From positions 1 through 42,439 of the forward strand of contig JNEM01013042.1 of the NCBI GenBank assembly GCA_000697335.1: a stretch of DNA of 42,439 nucleotides, read 5' to 3'. Numbering within the stretch: the first letter of the stretch is position 1; every line of letters starts with the position of its first letter. Shown in pieces: positions 13,295 through 26,400 of this stretch. The notes beneath the pieces are model-generated. The model was not told the origin of the DNA, did no database searches, and saw nothing but the letters and a program-made list of their open reading frames with translations. A program made the translations under genes and the position numbers. The DNA is from Conidiobolus incongruus B7586. Taxonomy: Eukaryota.

Positions 13295-13835
13295 TAATAT
13301 TATATTTTATAAAATGAGCTGATTTTCCACAAATTATTCATTAATAAAAAAGAATCTAGTATTAATTTTAAAGTAATAATTTATGAGAATATTGCTAATT
13401 TTAACATATTATTACATTATTTTTTAATTGAGTTATAGCAAGTGTTGAATATAAGTGCTTATATTATATAAATACAAATATTAAAAAAATAATAAATATA
13501 CAGAATATTTTTCCACTTCAACTATGTTATTATTATTATAATTTAAATAAATTATTGTAATCTACATATTTAAAATTAAAACTAATGTAAAAACTAGGAA
13601 TTAATTTTAAACCATATTATTATGGTAATGTTATTGAATTTATCCTTATTAACAAAATAAATTATATCTTTTATAAATAAGTGTTTCAAATATTTCTAAA
13701 GAGCTTTAAGTTAACAGCCTTAGAAATTTTTTGTTCTAATAAATAACTTAATATATTTATGATAAAACTAAATAATATTATTAAAGATATTTAACAACCA
13801 GTTTAATAATAATTATAATGATATATATTTATATA

Positions 13836-15154
13836 TTACTATAGAATTAAAAAAATGGGAAATTTTTTAATTTCTGATTTTTCATATATATTATTAATTT
13901 CAAATAAAAAAATATATATAAAACAAATAAGAAAATAAATAGTTTTAAATTATATATATATATATATATATATTAACTTTTTTAATTAAAAAAAATAATT
14001 TTTTAAAATTAGTTATTTAATTTAATTATGTTTAAACTAAATAATAACTATCAAAAGTTTTTTATTTTAGTATTAGTAAAACTTAACCATAAACCCTCTA
14101 AAATCATTTAAAATTTACAAGTAGCTTTTAATAATAAAGTATTATTTAAATTAATAATTTATTGCTAGGTAAATTATTTTAAAGCTAAAAGAAAAACTAC
14201 CTAAAACTTGTTAAAATCTAAAAAACTAATTTCAACAGTTATTTTTTTTATTGTTAATAAAATAAAAAAATATATTAAAAAACACCTTTTTATTTTAGTT
14301 AAAGAAATATCAAAATATTTTAATATTAGTTACATAAGTATTTTATATATATTACAGTTTAAATTAAAATTAATTAATAAAAATATAAAATAAATACCTT
14401 ATAATTTAACTAAAGCTTAAAAAAAAGCTAGAGTAGCTATTGTTAAATAAAACTTACTAAGGTATAACTAGAAACTAAGGCTTTTACAGTAAATTATTAT
14501 AATTGATGAATCTTAAATTTTTTTGTATAATCCTTTATTAAAACAAAAATCAAAGTGTTAAATTAAGTTAAATCAACCCCTTTTATAAATTCCTTTAAAT
14601 TAACACTTTATTGATAAACAAATATTAATTATTATAATAGGTTATAATAACATATGCTATTTTTATTTAGTTTTTAAAGGAAAATTAATTAATTATAAAC
14701 TTTATATTTTTTTTAAATAAAACTATTTCTAATTAGTATTCTTAATATAATTTGAGAAAACCTATTATTTTATATGATAATTGTAAAATACATAAATCTA
14801 AAGTTGTAAAAAACTTTTTAATTAAAAATAACTGGAAAAAACTACTACATCTAGTATATTCTTTAGATTATAACCTATATGATTATAATTGTTTTAGGAA
14901 ATTAAAAAACTAGCTTACAAGAAAGAAAATTTCTACAAGGAAATTTAATTGGTTTGTGAAACATCAAATCTTAGTCTTTAATAAAAAGAACTATTTTTTA
15001 AATGTTAGATCTTTGCTAAAAGTATAGCAAAAAGTTGTTAGAAATAAAGGAAATTATTAATTTTATATTATATATTTATTTTTACTTTTTATATATTAAA
15101 ATGTTTACTTTTTTTCAATTGCAAAAAATTCCCATTATTTAAATTACAAAGTAA
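13836..15154 (+). mobile_element. Tc1/mariner DD34D DNA transposon, copy 3 (dead, hypermutated)
   Basis: TA flanks at 13834-35 and 15155-56, with the same TIRs. Relic transposase runs from ATG 14028 to about 15060 (~344 codons) with IIIDES* and YSLDYNLYDY motifs and many TAA/TAG stops. Confidence 0.94.
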
Positions 15155-15156
15155 TA

Positions 15157-16225
15157 TATTGAATGTGTATCAAGATGAAAATCACAATATTCTAGAAACA
15201 GATGTTCTGAATATAGATTAAACCTTGATTACTACATCATTTTCACTATTTTCATTGGATTGATTATTTCATAAATATTAATGATTACAACAAAACTCAA
15301 ATGAAGCAATACAGTGCTGCCATTAATAGCTGAATTATTCAATACAGTTTACTGATTATTGAACATAATAAACTGTATTTGAATCTGGAGCATAAAACTT
15401 AGAAATAATTTAGAGAATAGTTAATACTGTTAACCTGCTGAATACATAATCTTTATTCTGAGTGACTGAGTCATATATAGTGTAATTATCCTATCTTTTA
15501 TCAAATCCTTGACTATATTTCACCAGCTTCAGTTTGGCAACGTGGCGTGGATAATTGCTTTAATTACCCTAACTATAATTAGTTTTGCTATTGATTTAAG
15601 TTTTTCAATTCTAAACTATTTCCTCACAAAACGTATTTTAAAATTGATCGCAATTGAATTTAGATTAGAAAAACGAGAAAACAAGTCTTATTACTGTGTT
15701 TTTGATTAATATATTAGCTAATTCAATGCCTTACTTTTATGCATCGATTTATTATTGATATATAAAACTATGATACTAGTTGCAACAACTCTGAAAATGG
15801 TAATTGTCAGAATAATGTTAATAACGATATGAGTTCAAATCATAGTCAAAATTAACCTATCACATATCCAAATGAAGCCTACAACAACCCAGATAACTAT
15901 GAGTTAAATTTAATGCATAAGACTATATCATCCCAATCTGCGAATACCCCATGGGAACTTTTTCATCATAGCGTGGCCAAAGTGATTAGGGAGATTATAA
16001 TTAGTGTATATGATAATAGCTTTAAATCTGTTTCAAATGATGCCATTTTCCATGTGCAGAACAGTATTTTAATCCTCCCAGCCCTTGTATCTTGCAAGTT
16101 AAATAGTTTAACCACTTGCTTAAATCATCTCACTCCAAAGATAAATATATGCTTCGTATTATTCTTCCATTTTGAAATATCAAGAGTTTAAATTTTTTCT
16201 CTTTATATTACAAACATTTACATTG
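15157..16225 (+). pseudogene. Decayed paralogue of the 7TM receptor at 4389-5480
   Basis: Collinear nucleotide similarity along the whole gene. Examples: ctagaaacagatgttctgaatatagat vs ctgggagctggtgtcctggctatggat; QFGNVAWIIALITL vs QFGNLVWIIVTVIL; AIEFRLEKRENKSYYCVF vs AIEFSFEKHWENNFYYCVF; INICFVLFFHFE vs TNPCFVLFFHFE. Multiple stops and frameshifts. Confidence 0.88.
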
Positions 16226-16788
16226 ATTTGTGCAAAATAAAATTTATAAAAAATGATTTGAGTATATAATTGAATTTCATAATATCAAATATATATGTAT
16301 AAATTTTTCAATAGTAAAAATATATCAATTTTAATATATTTTAATTAATTGATGGTTGCTATAATAAATACCAATATGGCTATTATTTTATTTAATCAAA
16401 AATATTATATTTGAATTTTGAGTATTTATATTTAATTTATATCAATGATATTATAAGATGATATTTAACATAAATTTTAATTGATCTGGTTATTATTTAC
16501 CATATTAAAGAATTTACATTTCAGATATTGTTTTACAAATTTCAAATATTTTATGAAGTTTTTTAGAGTACAATTCAAGTTTCTTACCAAAATATTTGTA
16601 TAATAGTATTATATTATTTTGAACAATATAAACAAACCTATATTTTGATTATTTTAAAGAAACAATTATTTATATATTAGTTAATAAATTTAAGTTTTAT
16701 ATTTAATATAATAATTAGATTTGATTAAATTCTTATCAATAAAAAACTGAATATTTTAATTTCTATTTATTATATATTATAAATATAT

Positions 16789-17125
16789 TGTCACGAACCA
16801 GATGACTCCCTTCTACCCAAGTATTTTTACATCAACCTAATGATAAAGCTATTTCTCCCTAACATGCCATTTGCTCCTTCTCTATCTTCTAATTGGCAGA
16901 TGATGCAAGTCACCGGAGAATCTCATCAATCAACTTACCCAACTCACTCTATACAAAATCCGGAATTAGAGCTATCCTCAATGAGACAAGTTCGATCTGG
17001 GCCCTCCCAGCTATTTGACTTGAAGCAATAAATCTCCAATTCCTCTAACACTTGCCTGGAATTCCCCAGATCACTCTCCTTTGTTTAAACTACTCTGGAC
17101 ACTGCTTCTCCAAGGCATGTTAATA
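16789..17125 (+). mobile_element. Possible solo LTR (3' boundary uncertain)
   Basis: A sharply bounded GC-richer, non-coding island that begins TGTCACG and has AATAAA near 17028. No clean CA terminus with a matching TSD was found. Confidence 0.35.
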
Positions 17126-17245
17126 TTATCAATTTTAATAAAATAAAATACTAAAATCATTTGATAGTACAAATATTTATTATGCATTTAATATAATCTT
17201 AATTTGTACATTGCTTTTATATATGGTAATTAAAATTATCTTTAT

Positions 17246-17248
<3 letters not shown>

Positions 17249-17282
<34 letters not shown>
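17249..17282. repeat. (AT)17 microsatellite
   Basis: Perfect dinucleotide run. Confidence 0.95.
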
Positions 17283-17285
<3 letters not shown>

Positions 17286-17740
17286 ATATAAAGTTTCTGT
17301 CATTTTTTTGAAACAATATCACTATAAAATTAAATATATGTAATTTGTTTTTCTCAAAAATTAAATAATTATATTAGGTATGAGCATATTTAATTATAGA
17401 GTCATCTAAATCAAGGTATATATCAATAAAATTTGTTTTTGACTCATTATTACTAAGGATCTTTTGTGCTGTTGAATTTTTGTGTTTAATATTGTATAAA
17501 TTTGGATATATGAAAGGATGATCGTTTCCATTCATCTAAGTTAAAATATTGAATTAAACTAATAATTTAAATTATACCATCGATATAAGAATATTATTTA
17601 ATCATAATCTAAAAAAATCCAGGAATGCTAAGTCTACTAAATACATTAAATTACAGTTAAAAATAATTTAAAACAATTGGTGTTAAGATTTATAGGATAT
17701 TTAGTAATAAATTTTACATACACTTTGAATAAAGTGGGAG

Positions 17741-19157
17741 TTAAACTTGGCAATAAGCCAAAAAGGTAATTAATTGATCTCCTTTGGATTCGAGTTCAAA
17801 GGAGGTGTGAGGAGGAATGAAGTATACTTTACCCTGATCAATGCTATACTCTTGTCCATCAACAATGACTGATCCCTTGCCTTCAGTACTCAAAAGGATA
17901 CTGGGTCCGCTGAGGGCATTAATACTTTCTTTTAAGCCATTCTGTGTAAGACAAGTTCTGACTACTGAAAATTCTTCAATAGGGGGATCATATAAAGTGC
18001 TATTCTTAGTATTTTGGAATGGAACACCATGCATGATTTGTTCAGGAGCATCTAAGCAACGATAAGTGAGCATACTTACTAAAACATCGACATCTTTGAA
18101 CTTGGGAGTAAGGCCTGCGCGAACTACATTATCACTAGTAGCCATACATTCAACACAATCTACAATATGTTAGTTATAAAAACAAAATAAACAATTTAAT
18201 GTTTACCTCCTGATAAATAAGCGTGGGGTTCATTAGCACAAAGGAATAAAGCATCACCAGGAGTCAAAATAACGTAGTTCAATAGGAAAACACACCAGCA
18301 TCCAACATCACCAGGGTATTGGCTATGAACTCTGAGGAATAATTCATTTAATTGAGAGTCTTGGAGGGGTTGAGAATTAAGCCTGCTGATTAATTTATCC
18401 AATAATTGCTTGACAATGGTATCATCACTTGTCATAACCTTTTTAAATAATTTCTTGAGAGAAGATTTATGATCAGAGAAAGCGTGATTAATGAAATAAG
18501 ATTTGACTTCATCCCCAACCAATTCAGAAAATTCAGGTACTTGTTCCAAAAATTGTTGGATTTGATCAAGAGGGCGGAATCCACAAAGTGCCTCGAATCT
18601 AGTAAGTGCAATAGTCATCTCTGGCTTATGATTGGGGTCTTTGTATATGTTGGGGCGCTCTCCATGAAGCTTTTGGCCTAATCCCTTATCAGGATGAGCC
18701 TGAATAGAAAGAGCCTTTCCAACTGAGAGAACCTTGAATAAGAAAGGAAGATCATTTCCAAACTTTTTAGTTATTTCAGCTCCAAGATATTGTGAAGGAT
18801 TCTCTTGAACGAGTTCGAGTAGTTTCTTGCTACCACATGAAGGATCAGCAAGGACAGATGGTGCATTGGGATGTGTGCCCATCCATAACTAATTCAAGAA
18901 GAGTTAGTTTAAATAAAATTTAGAAAAAACATATAGAAATATTTTTAAATGTAATAATCTTCAATCAATTTAAACATATATTTTCAGAATCAAATCAAAA
19001 TTTCAATTCTTTCAAATGTAAATATTCTCACCTCAGCGTAGGGTTTTTGTTCATCAATATTGCTATTAAGAAGCTGAGCGACTTTACTAGTAGATCCCAA
19101 TTTGCCCCAGTCATAATTTTGGGGAGAACAGTTTAATTCAAAGATTTTGGCTGGCAT
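17741..19157 (-). CDS. PMI40: Mannose-6-phosphate isomerase (type I PMI), 3 exons: 19157-19032, 18888-18207, 18159-17741; 408 aa
   Basis: The spliced product has the motifs QNYDWGK, PYAELWMGTHP, LPFLFKVLSV..ALSIQAHP, YKDPNHKPEM and [28 protein letters not shown]. Introns 18889-19031 (GTGAGA..CTAAC..TAG) and 18160-18206 (GTAAAC..CTAAC..TAG) keep the frame. Confidence 0.97.
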
Positions 19158-20234
19158 TTTTAGATTAGATCAAGTATAAAGATTTTACTCCTGTTAAAGA
19201 TGATTGTGAATTTATAACTAAATGAATGATGTAACAGCAATCCAATCAAACTGCTTCTTCAAAATAGCATTTTGGAATTACTGTGACATTTTGTATCAAG
19301 ATATTTCATGATTTAACACCTTCACTTTTAATTAAAATAATTGACAAATATTTTCAATTCCTTTTTCATATTTTAGCTAATATTATTTTGATATAATATT
19401 TTTTAACGGGTTATAGTATTTGTTTATATAATTATATATTGGTTATGCTCCACAATCGCAAATACAAATAAAAATACTAATCAAAACTTTCAATAACCAA
19501 TAAATCAATATAGATTGCTAGATTTCTATTTGATTCTTTGTAAAGTTTAAAGGTATAATCCTAATCAAGATTTCTGTACAGTCTAAATGTTGACAATAAA
19601 AACCTAAATTTAGTCTCATAAAATATAGGTTATATTAATAGTTATTGAATTAACAAATATTGGTGCTATTTACATGTGAGAAAAGTATGTTATAAGCCTG
19701 TATTTGTGTATGAAAATTTTTACTGATTATAAATACAAAAATTGTATTTGAATATAGTTAAACTTGATAAATAGATCAAACACTGGAAACAAAGCAATCT
19801 GAGAATTAGACTATATGTTAATATTATGACAAATTATAATATACACTCTAACAGTTATAAAATGTTATCTTGAGTACAATCTATCTTGCCTTATAATCAA
19901 TTATTTAATATTATTGAAAGATAAAGAATCTTATCTAAAATATGCTTGAAATTCTCATTTTTGAGTGTAGAATGAATATATTAATGCAATTCTTTTATTT
20001 TGGTTTTATTTGTATTTTATTCAAGTTATTTATTTGGTGACTGTAAGAAAATTTGGATCCAATTATTCAATTATATTCAATATATTTTTTGTGAGTTATT
20101 TATACTGATCAAATAAAACAAATTTTTTCTTTATATTAATTGGTTTTATATTATCGAAATTATTAATATTTCACTTTGTTAACTATAACATACTATTTTA
20201 AAGTTAAAAGTTTATTATTATTTTCCATATATTT

Positions 20235-20445
20235 ATAGGTTTAGAAATTAAGTAATGTCACTTTTTTCAAATTTATTTTAAATACAAAATTTAATATTAG
20301 AAATAATAAAATAATTATATATTTTAAAATACTCTCTTTTGTTATTAATAACTCTTTCCATACCTTTGATAAGTGATTAATACCTAAAACACTGCCCATT
20401 TTATATAAGACTGAAATTTTATGTTTGACAACCTTGATTAACTAG
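20235..20445 (-). mobile_element. 3' fragment of another mariner subfamily with terminal repeat
   Basis: The minus strand reads tgtcaaacataaaatttcagtctt...ttttaggtattaatcacttatcaaaggtatggaaagagttattaataac, matching the C-terminus of copies 1-3 (FLGVRSLPKVW). A mariner-like TIR, taggtttagaaattaagtaatgtcactttttt, lies near 20236. Confidence 0.6.
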
Positions 20446-23400
20446 CTAAGAGACAAGATCTCAACGTTCTTGATATATATTTTATATTAACGTTTATTGT
20501 TCAATTTAAATGCTAATTTATGCCCTTTGATGCCATATGGAACCACGTGACTTATTTTATATTAAATCCAATATAAATTATAATTAATTGACTCAATAAA
20601 TGGGACTCTTCTTTTCTTTTCATCTTATAATTAACTATCTTCCTGATTATTTTTTAACCACTATTTAGCTCTTTAATTATAAAACTATTTTTATCATTTA
20701 TCACTTATATTTAACATTATTTATTAGTTTAATCTATTTTAATTATATATTAAAGCTATATTATTTAAAATCAAAATTAAAGTTTTTTAATATATTTTAA
20801 GAGTCTTTCTTGGCACTATTGTTTCTCTTTGAATACAAAGCTAATACCTATTACTATTTTTCATAATTTATATAAATTATCCTTTAGAATTTATTTTCTT
20901 ATAAGCTTATCTTTTACTTATCTAATATAATTATAGTTATAAAGATTATAGCTAAATAAATATAATAAATATATTAACACTTATTAATGTTTTTTATAAA
21001 AATCTATTTCTATAGCTTTAATTATCATTTGAAATAATTTTTTTATTTAAATTATAAACATAATTGGAAATATTGTTTTTAATAAAAAAAATATAAAATA
21101 TATAATCAACTTTATGACCCTTTGAATCTGAGTAAAAAATCTTAGATTAATAATAGTTATTATTATTAATATACCTATATAAAAATAATTTTTTATTTGA
21201 ATTTAAAATAAGGATTGTATTAATATAAAAAAATATTTTGACTTAAGTTTAATTAAAGAAATATATATATGAATCCAAAATTTATTAATATAAAAATAAT
21301 ATATAAACACTTAGGTTTTTAGATATATTTTAATATAGTTATTATAGTTATAAATATTCTAATTTTCTTTTAAACCATGATTAAAATATAAAAAACCTAT
21401 CTTTTATTTTTTAATTAAGCTAAGTATAAATTTAAATATATATGTATATATATATATATATATAATATTTTAATAATTAACCGTTTAATACTTTGGTAAT
21501 CTTTTTTATTAAAAATATTGATCATATATATAATTTTTATATGTAATTAAAACAGTAAGAGTAAAAATGGAATTATTTAAGCTCGGTATAGCTTGGAAAG
21601 TTTGTCTTTAGTTCTAAAGTCATAAATCCAGCAATAAATTATTATTTTAAATAAAATATTATTTTTAAATTCTTTTATGTCTTAATAAAGATTGAAATAC
21701 TTATGATTGAGTTTTAATAATACCAAAACTAATGATTTTAATAATTATTTTTTGGTCAAAAAGTAAATAAATTGAGCTCCAAATTTTTGAATTCAAAAAT
21801 ATTAGTAAATATAGACTTACATATCATTTTGTTATATAAAGAAGTTTATTTACCTTATTTATCTAATATTAATCACGATATTTAATACACTTGAAAAGGT
21901 AAAAAAATAAAAAAAATGAATGTTTAATTGTTTAATTATTTATAGTTAAATATTTAAATTTTTTATAATGGAATTTTTATTTTAAAATATACCTTAGTAT
22001 TTTAGGCAAACTTGCATTTAGTTATTTAAAAAAGTAAAACTCATTATAAATTAAAATAAAAAAAAATGGAATCTACTATGATCTTAATTACTAATTGATA
22101 TCAAATAATATATATTTAACAGAAATTCAAATATGGGCAGATGTTGTTTAATATCGTATATATTAGCTAAAAACCTATAATATTAATATATTATTTATTA
22201 AAGATTAAATAATAAGTATATAATGGCGGAAAAAGTAACTCATTAGTTATATGTTTATATATTAATAAAATATATAAAGTTGAAAGAAATAATATAATTT
22301 TTATAATAAATAACTCTTTTCCTCAAATAATAAAATACCATACTAATAGTAAATATTTATCCTATTTTTATAGGTTTTTGTAATTTATATTTAAAATAAC
22401 TTTTTTAATTTTAAAATATACAGTTAAAATATTATCAAATTCCTTTCCCCAAAATAAATTCTTTAACTTACCAAAAGATTTATAATCATAAAGATATATG
22501 TCTGGTGAATATACTGGATATAGCAATAAAAACCAAAACGTTTTTTAAACAAATCATTGACAACTTTATAATATATATATCTTATATTTAATATATTAAA
22601 TCTTTTCTTTAATTAAATTTCTCTTACCCCAGTTTGTAACAATAATTTTTAGATTTTTAATGTATATTCTAGCATTACCGCTTACTTTTCCTTTAAATTA
22701 ACATTGTAACATTATATTATTAATATCCATATCTAATAAAAACGTTTTTTTCAAATAACTTTTGTTTTGAAATTTATTACTGTAATTTTGATTCTTCGAC
22801 TCAAAAACTCCAATTATTAATTGATAATTGATAATATGCTAGAGTACATAATTATTATATTAAAAATAATTTTCTTAAATATACTAGGAGAGAATCATAA
22901 TATAAATTTTCATTAGCTATATTTACCTTTCCGTTTTACTTTGAAATAAAGTACCCAAACTATTATTTTTTAAATTATATTAACCTATATCAAAGGAATA
23001 TCAGAGTTAAAATTCTAATATAAATATTATGCTGGTTTCTTTACTTAGGTGTATACGTAATATTTAAGATATTTTTTATTTTACTTTTATTACTTTGATT
23101 TGTAAAAAATTTAAAATGACCTGAATAAGATAAGTTCTATATCAAATTTGCAAGCTTTAAATAAACTAAACCAGTTTACAATTCTATTTATTGAAAGCTC
23201 CTTGTCATTGATTATCACTTGGAGATTTTTATAAATACATGATATATAATGTTTTATGTAATATAATATTTTAATATATGCTTTTGATTAATCTTATGTA
23301 AAATTTAAAATTTTGAGATTTTCTCTCACTTTGTTTTATGAAATTCACTTAAAACACATTATTATATATATATATATATATTAAATTTGATTAATGATTA

Positions 23401-26400
23401 AATTAATTATTATTATTATTGAAAATATTAATAAAATTACAGTGAAAGCATAATGGCTCATAAAATAGAATTTGATCTAAGTATTAGAAAAAAATGCTTG
23501 AACCACTGGATATATATTAACAAAGACAAAAACTGATTCAATACAAAATGAAAATATTTTAAAATGTATATCTAAAAGTATTATATGTAACCTTATATAT
23601 ATATATTATCATTATAATATCATATATTTATTGATTACCAAGATTAAATAATAAAATTTAGTAAGGATTATTATACATCTGCTTAATAACTGCCCCTTTC
23701 TTATTAAAGTTAATTGTATAAAAATTTAATATCTTTTATGCTATTCAAGCAAACAGGAATTTTAATATCATATAATAAATAAATGAAATTTCGAAGAAAT
23801 TGCCAAATAATTAAATTAGAATAAATTCATTATTAATAAATTTTTTGTTTGATTTTAAAATATTAAGAATAAAGATTTTTCAACTTGGAAAAAATATTTA
23901 TAGAAAATATATATATATTTCGTATAAACTAAAAATAAATGATTTTGTACAGTAATATGTAATAAAATATATAAAATTTCAGAAAATTAATTTAAAATTA
24001 TATTTAATAATTGAAAAAAAAGTTAATTAATAATTAAAAAAGAAATATAACTGTTAATTTCAAATATTCTTAATTCTGATTCATAATTATATGATTAGAT
24101 ACATATTTTTCTTATTCAAACATTAAAGTATATTTTATTTAATTAACTACTTAACTATTTTGAGTATATAGTTATTTCCAAAATAAATGATTGGATTTAA
24201 TAAGAAAAATCGAGTATTTGGTGAATTGAATAAATAAAATTGAAATTAATAGTGATAAATTAAAATCTTATCGGTAAATTTTTCCTTGTTAAATTAATTT
24301 ATCTTCAAAATAACCCCATATTCTGCAATTTTTTTCAATTAAGTTAATTTTTTATGATTAATAACTATTTATAAAATAAATAGAAAATTTTTTTATATTT
24401 CTTAAATACTCTATTTTTTCTAATAAAAATATTAATTACATTTACTATATCTCTTTAAATGAATAAAATTAAAATATTATAAAATTTCACTTTAAAAATA
24501 GCTTTATATTGATATCATTAATTTATCAACAAATGTATAAATAATTAGATATAGAATTTTTTTTCAACTTTTAGAAAAGTTTATATAAAATCTCAAATTA
24601 AAATAATATGATAATTAATGAAGATTAGTAATTAGATATTTATTTTATTTATTTAATAATACTAGACTATAATTTAAAAATTATCTTTTTAATATAAATA
24701 AATAATTAAATATATATATATATATAAACTTTGATTATATTATTTAAAATAGAATAATAAAATTTGTATATATTTTTAAAATAGTTCATATTTAAAGTCT
24801 ATTTTCAATCAAAATAACTATTATATATTATAAAATACTATATTTATTATTATTATTGAATTTTATTTCTTAAATAATTAATGATATTTATATTAAATTT
24901 TATTATTTCAAAATTTTTTAAATTTTGAATATTTGATTTTTTTTTCCTATATACAATAATAATAATAATGGTTTAAATTATATTGAGCTAATATCAAATA
25001 TAAATTTATAGCTATATTGATAATTATTAATAAAAGATAAATATTATTAAAACTACAAAAAAATTAACAAATTTAAATCAATCTATCAAAATATTATATC
25101 TCAAAATATATTGATTAATTAAAAATTATTGTTAGAAAAGTACTTATATTATATTATAGTAAATTATTTATTAATCCTGCTTTTTAGCATATTGGGACTA
25201 TATGTCTTAACACTTATTATTAAGATATTATAGCAGAATATTCAAAAAAAACCTTTATTTTATCTTTATCACTTTTAGGTTTTAAATAGTTGATTTTATT
25301 AAAAATATGGGGTTTGGTAAAAAACTAACAAAAAAAACAAAGATAGCAAAGAATATCCCTCAATTATATGCTAAGAAAGCTAGTTTAAAATAAAAATAAT
25401 ATTGGTTTAATTATCCAACTAGATTAAAAGGGTTTTTTCAAAATATAACAAAAAGTTAAATAATATCTAAATAATCTTTTCTAGGTCTATAATAATTTAT
25501 TATAAAACTAATTATATTAAAATATTATAATAATTAAATAATTGACTATATATAAAAATTTATAATTATTTTTTAAATATTAAATAAATTATTTTAATTA
25601 TAGAGATTAATGAATATAAATAACTATTAATTATGATTAAAGTCAGATTTAAAACTCATAGCTATATATCAATAAACTATTTAATAATCTATCAGTTAAT
25701 TTTTGATTGAAAAATAAGGATATTTTTAATTAATATTATTAAAACTACTATTATTTACTTAATAAGAATATCAATATATTAATATATTGGATATATTAAT
25801 GTTTTTAAAAATTATTATAATTAATAATTATCATATTCATCAATATAGAAATAATAAATTAAATTCATTTTATCAAAATAAAAACAAAATTAAAAATTTT
25901 AATAAAACTATATTATTTTATAAATTATTAAATCAAGAATTGAAAAATTCTTATAAAGAATCATATCAGATATATTTTTAAGATTTAATTATATATAATA
26001 GTAGTGATATTATGTTATAAATTAATTAAATAATTAATGAAACAATTTTATCATCAGATATTTCATAAAATATTCATTTTGTTATTGGTAGAATTATAAT
26101 AGAATATAACAATACCAAGCTGATTAAAGTAATATTAGTTAAAATTTAGTTTTATTTAATAAATTATTGAGTAAAATATAAATTGATTGAATAATAAATA
26201 TAAGAAACAGGTAATCATATATAGTAATATATAGAAATTAGGATATAATGCATCTTATTATTTATCCAATTAACTAAGATTGAAGTAAAATATAATAAGA
26301 TTAAGTTCTTTAATATATATTCAAAACTGATATTACCCATAATATAATCCACTCCTTTTACCATGTATAAAAATGATGAAAATATAAAAAACACGAAAAT

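Noticed and set aside
1755..15154. TAA/TAG reassignment (alternative genetic code) to explain in-frame stops
   Set aside because: Intact genes end at TAA/TGA and have no internal stops. Several stops in the transposons vary between copies and replace both Trp and Gln.
1755..16225. Segmental duplication of a mariner+receptor unit
   Set aside because: Spacing differs (1.3 kb vs 0 bp), the element flanks are unrelated, and the receptors are far more diverged than the mariners.
20560..20800. Possible Gag-like relic on the minus strand (..gctaaatagtggtta..)
   Set aside because: Too degenerate to support by eye; no continuous frame or LTR.
25130..26100. Possible decayed retroelement zinc-knuckle/integrase
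   Set aside because: Only faint motif echoes, indistinguishable from background without a profile search.
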